Part shown: positions 29,015-31,607 of the stretch, piece after piece
Layout of the letters: each line of letters begins with the position of its first letter
Position numbering within the stretch: position 1 is the stretch's first letter
Assembly: GCA_037442825.1 (NCBI GenBank)
Contig: JBBIPN010000008.1
Coordinates: 1 to 31,607 of the forward strand
Length of the DNA: 31,607 nt
DNA from: Sulfurihydrogenibium sp.
GTDB taxonomy: Bacteria; Aquificota; Aquificia; Aquificales; Hydrogenothermaceae
Direction: 5' to 3'
Notes under the pieces: model-generated
The model's database searches: none
What the model saw: only the letters and a program-made list of their open reading frames with translations
Told to the model about the DNA's origin: nothing
Translations under genes and position numbers: made by a program

Positions 29015-29655
29015 TTTAATCTATATCCTCTACTTTTTAATGTTTCTATTGTACCTTCAGGAAATATTTTCCTTAAATCTTTTATGTATGCTCTTACTAT
29101 TTCATCTCCAACTACTTTTCCTTGCCATACATAGTTTAAAATACTTTCGCTACTGACAATTTTACCTCTATTTTTAAGTAAATAGTAAAGTAAATTCCAC
29201 TGTGTTTTTGTAAGTTTTATCTCATTCCCATTTTTAAAAACTTTCTCGTTTCCTATATCTATCTCAACATCTCCAATTAAAATTTTTTCAGATATATGAA
29301 TACGTTTTGATAAAGCTTTAATTCTTAGTAGCAGTTCTTTTGGTTCAAAAGGTTTTGTTAAATAATCATCTGCTCCATATTCAAAACAAACTTCTTTATC
29401 TTTTAAAGCTGTTTTTGCTGTAATTATAAGAACAGGTGTTTGTAAGCCTTTTATCCTTAGATGTTTTAATAAATTCTCTCCTTTTGAGTACCTTAATATA
29501 AGGTCTAAAATGATTACATCAAATTCTGAAAAAGATATAATATCATCTAATCCTCTTTCATCCTCAATCCATAAACATTCTATACCATTAATCTCTAAAT
29601 ACTCTTTTATACTTTCTCCTACATTTTTATCATCTTCAACAAGTAACACTTTCAT
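29011..29655 (-). CDS. OmpR/PhoB-family response regulator
   Basis: VLLVEDD, IILDL (phospho-Asp), ITA, GADDYLTKPF, winged-helix LRK...IET..SRGY. Confidence 0.94.
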   Translation of the reverse strand: MKVLLVEDDKNVGESIKEYLEINGIECLWIEDERGLDDIISFSEFDVIILDLILRYSKGENLLKHLRIKGLQTPVLIITAKTALKDKEVCFEYGADDYLTKPFEPKELLLRIKALSKRIHISEKILIGDVEIDIGNEKVFKNGNEIKLTKTQWNLLYYLLKNRGKIVSSESILNYVWQGKVVGDEIVRAYIKDLRKIFPEGTIETLKSRGYRLN

Positions 29656-30431
29656 CTCTTTTCCAAAGCTTTAACTAATTTTTCTTCTACTTCTGTAAGC
29701 CAGTGTTCCCTTCTTATAACTTCATCAAATGTTTCTTTATGTAAAAGTTCATAGTTATGATACTTTGATTTTAACTCTTCATATCTGTAAAAGAAGTTTA
29801 AAGATGGTATAAATTTTACAATCTGGTCTATCTCAAAAAAGTTAATATCGTTTTCTATCAACTGTTTTTTTATATCTTCTGAAATATGGCTATTTGTAAT
29901 TACTAAAATTTTTTCTAACTCGTATTTTTCTTTACCATTTAGTAGATTATTAATAAATTTTGAGTTTAAATCTTTTATCTTTGTAAAGTCTATAATAGAT
30001 AAACCAAGATAACTTACTTTTTCATCATTACTGTATTTAACAATAATATCTAAATTACAGTCTTTATATATAGGTAAATCTATTAGTTCAAATCCCATCA
30101 TCTCAAAAGAGTTTGTAATAAAGTAGTTAAGTTCTGACCCTTTCATTTTTTTTAGATAATCTATCTGTGAGTGTGTCCATGGATAGTTATGAATATTTTC
30201 TTTTAGATTTCTTATCTCTTCTAAAGTCTGATTTATGTAATCTTTAAGTTTTTGGGATTTTTGTAAAAATCTTTCTTTTTCTTCTATAAATTTTTCTTTG
30301 TAAGCGTTTAATGTTGGAATTAACATCTCTCTTTCTCTTCTTTTTTCCTCTTTGTATCTTATTAAGCTGTATATAATTATAATGCTAAATATTATTGATA
30401 TGATAACTATATCAACCAGGGATATTTCCAT
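29652..30431 (-). CDS. Membrane-anchored coiled-coil protein with a degenerate Mrr-like restriction-endonuclease fold
   Basis: N-terminal TM and coiled coil, then M.G.EL..F....F..MGF......D.NLDII...ILVITNS.IS....INFFEID, which resembles Mrr_cat. Confidence 0.6.
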   Translation of the reverse strand: MEISLVDIVIISIIFSIIIIYSLIRYKEEKRREREMLIPTLNAYKEKFIEEKERFLQKSQKLKDYINQTLEEIRNLKENIHNYPWTHSQIDYLKKMKGSELNYFITNSFEMMGFELIDLPIYKDCNLDIIVKYSNDEKVSYLGLSIIDFTKIKDLNSKFINNLLNGKEKYELEKILVITNSHISEDIKKQLIENDINFFEIDQIVKFIPSLNFFYRYEELKSKYHNYELLHKETFDEVIRREHWLTEVEEKLVKALEKR

Positions 30432-30981
30432 AGATTTCCTCTAAAGAATTTTTATAGATATAGTAAATTTCTTTTTGGAATAAAATAAATTTTACTACAT
30501 CAAATTTATTTGGATTTTCTTTTAAAAATTCAACAACAGCATTTAAAGCTACTTTTGAAGCTTCTTTTATATCACATCTATATGCACCAGTGCTAATAGA
30601 CGGAAATGATATAGATTTTATATTATTTTTTAATGCTAATTTTAATGAGTTTATATAGGCATTCTTAAGGAGATTTTTTTGATTTTCTGTCATTTTGCCA
30701 TTGCAGATAGGACCTACTGTGTGTATAACGTATTTTGCTTTAAGATTTCCACCTGATGTTATTACAGCTTCACCTGTTGGAAGACCTAAAGGGTATATAG
30801 TTTTTCTTATCTCTTTACATTCTTCAAGTATCTGAGGGCCACCTTTTGAATGGATAGCCCCATCTACACCTAACCCTCCCATTAAAGTAGAGTTTGCAGC
30901 ATTAACTATAGCTTCTGTATCACTTTCTGTTATATCCCCAATTTCTAATATAAGCTTAGTACCATTTATTTTTACTTTCAC
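30412..30981 (-). CDS. Macrodomain ADP-ribose hydrolase (YmdB/MacroD-like)
   Basis: GDIT, AIVNAAN, GGLGVDGAIH, VIHTVGP, FPSISTGAY. Confidence 0.93.
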   Translation of the reverse strand: MKVKINGTKLILEIGDITESDTEAIVNAANSTLMGGLGVDGAIHSKGGPQILEECKEIRKTIYPLGLPTGEAVITSGGNLKAKYVIHTVGPICNGKMTENQKNLLKNAYINSLKLALKNNIKSISFPSISTGAYRCDIKEASKVALNAVVEFLKENPNKFDVVKFILFQKEIYYIYKNSLEEIYGNIPG

Positions 30982-30993
30982 AAAAATATTTTA

Positions 30994-31548
30994 TCATTTA
31001 ATCATAAAATCTTCAGGTTTTATATTTTCAAGCATCTTTTTAAATCTTTCTAAATCTTCATCTTTTATTGTATTATTTTCTACATCTTCAATTTGTTTTT
31101 CTAAATCTTCAACGGTGTTTATACTGTCTTCTGTTTCTGCAACCTTTAAATCTTCAAGATTTACTTTCTTAACAACATTTTCATTTAAAAATATAGGTGC
31201 ATTGAACCTTAATGCTAAATTTATTGCATCACTTGGTCTTGAATCTATAACAATCTCTTTACCTTCTTTATTAAGAATAATGTTTGCTATATAAGCATTA
31301 TTAACAAAATCAACGATACGAACTTCTTTTACTACACTACCTAAAGCTTCTATTACGTTTTTGAAAAGATCATATGTTAAAGGTCTTAGTGGCTTAAAAC
31401 CACTTTGAGATATAACTATACCTTCTGCTTCAGCTACACCTATCCAAATATGGTATATATCATTTGGATTATTTATATCATAAAGTAAAACTATTGGACT
31501 TCCTGTTATAGAATCTATTACTATACCTTTAACTTTTACTTCAACCAT
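30994..31548 (-). CDS. Bifunctional nuclease family protein (DUF151)
   Basis: PIVLL, IWIG.AEA, RPLTYDL, DSRPSDAI.LA.R...PI; acidic tail ending IKPEDF. ATG at 31548 with GAGGTGA SD. Confidence 0.92.
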   Translation of the reverse strand: MVEVKVKGIVIDSITGSPIVLLYDINNPNDIYHIWIGVAEAEGIVISQSGFKPLRPLTYDLFKNVIEALGSVVKEVRIVDFVNNAYIANIILNKEGKEIVIDSRPSDAINLALRFNAPIFLNENVVKKVNLEDLKVAETEDSINTVEDLEKQIEDVENNTIKDEDLERFKKMLENIKPEDFMIK

Positions 31549-31607
31549 TTCTATCACCTCTAATATCAAATTTATTTATAATAATTTACTAAAATTTTTA
31601 AAAAATG

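Noticed and set aside
1..31607. CRISPR arrays, tRNA/rRNA, IS elements, prophage, riboswitches
   Set aside because: Intergenic gaps are short and AT-rich, with no spaced repeats, cloverleafs, transposase/integrase ORFs or GC-rich structured leaders visible by eye; a covariance-model search was not run.

Overview
AT-rich chromosomal window from a bacterium that looks like Aquificota (Hydrogenothermaceae-like, e.g. Sulfurihydrogenibium/Venenivibrio). This is inferred from composition, the fused NuoCD, LpxI and the SdhE-type Sdh/Frd subunits. Left to right: the 5' end of an ATP-cone protein (probably a ribonucleotide reductase) and a divergent, untracked 55-aa ORF; a long minus-strand run (ArsR regulator, trxA, lpxA, lpxI, class II aldolase, a hypothetical protein, and a CxxCH/HAMP/GAF-like/GGDEF cyclase); an Sdh/Frd Fe-S subunit plus a CCG (HdrB/SdhE-like) subunit without the flavoprotein; an untracked 51-aa membrane ORF; MATE, a methyltransferase, kdsC and hemerythrin; a Cus-type Cu/Ag RND operon with a NosL-like gene inside it; a divergent complex I operon nuoA-B-CD-H-I-J-K-L-M-N lacking nuoEFG, followed by gmk and rpoZ; and a convergent five-gene unit (DUF151 nuclease, macrodomain, membrane-anchored degenerate Mrr-like protein, OmpR-type regulator, small histidine kinase). 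I saw no rRNA, tRNA, CRISPR array or mobile element. Best leads: a recurring CRP/FNR-like WTGAT-N4-RTCAW box ahead of three redox/O2-related units, a Fur-like box ahead of the small ORF, the NosL/YtkA-containing Cus pump, the macrodomain/nuclease/two-component unit, and a possible DnaD-like domain protein. All family calls come from motif recognition by eye; no searches were run.
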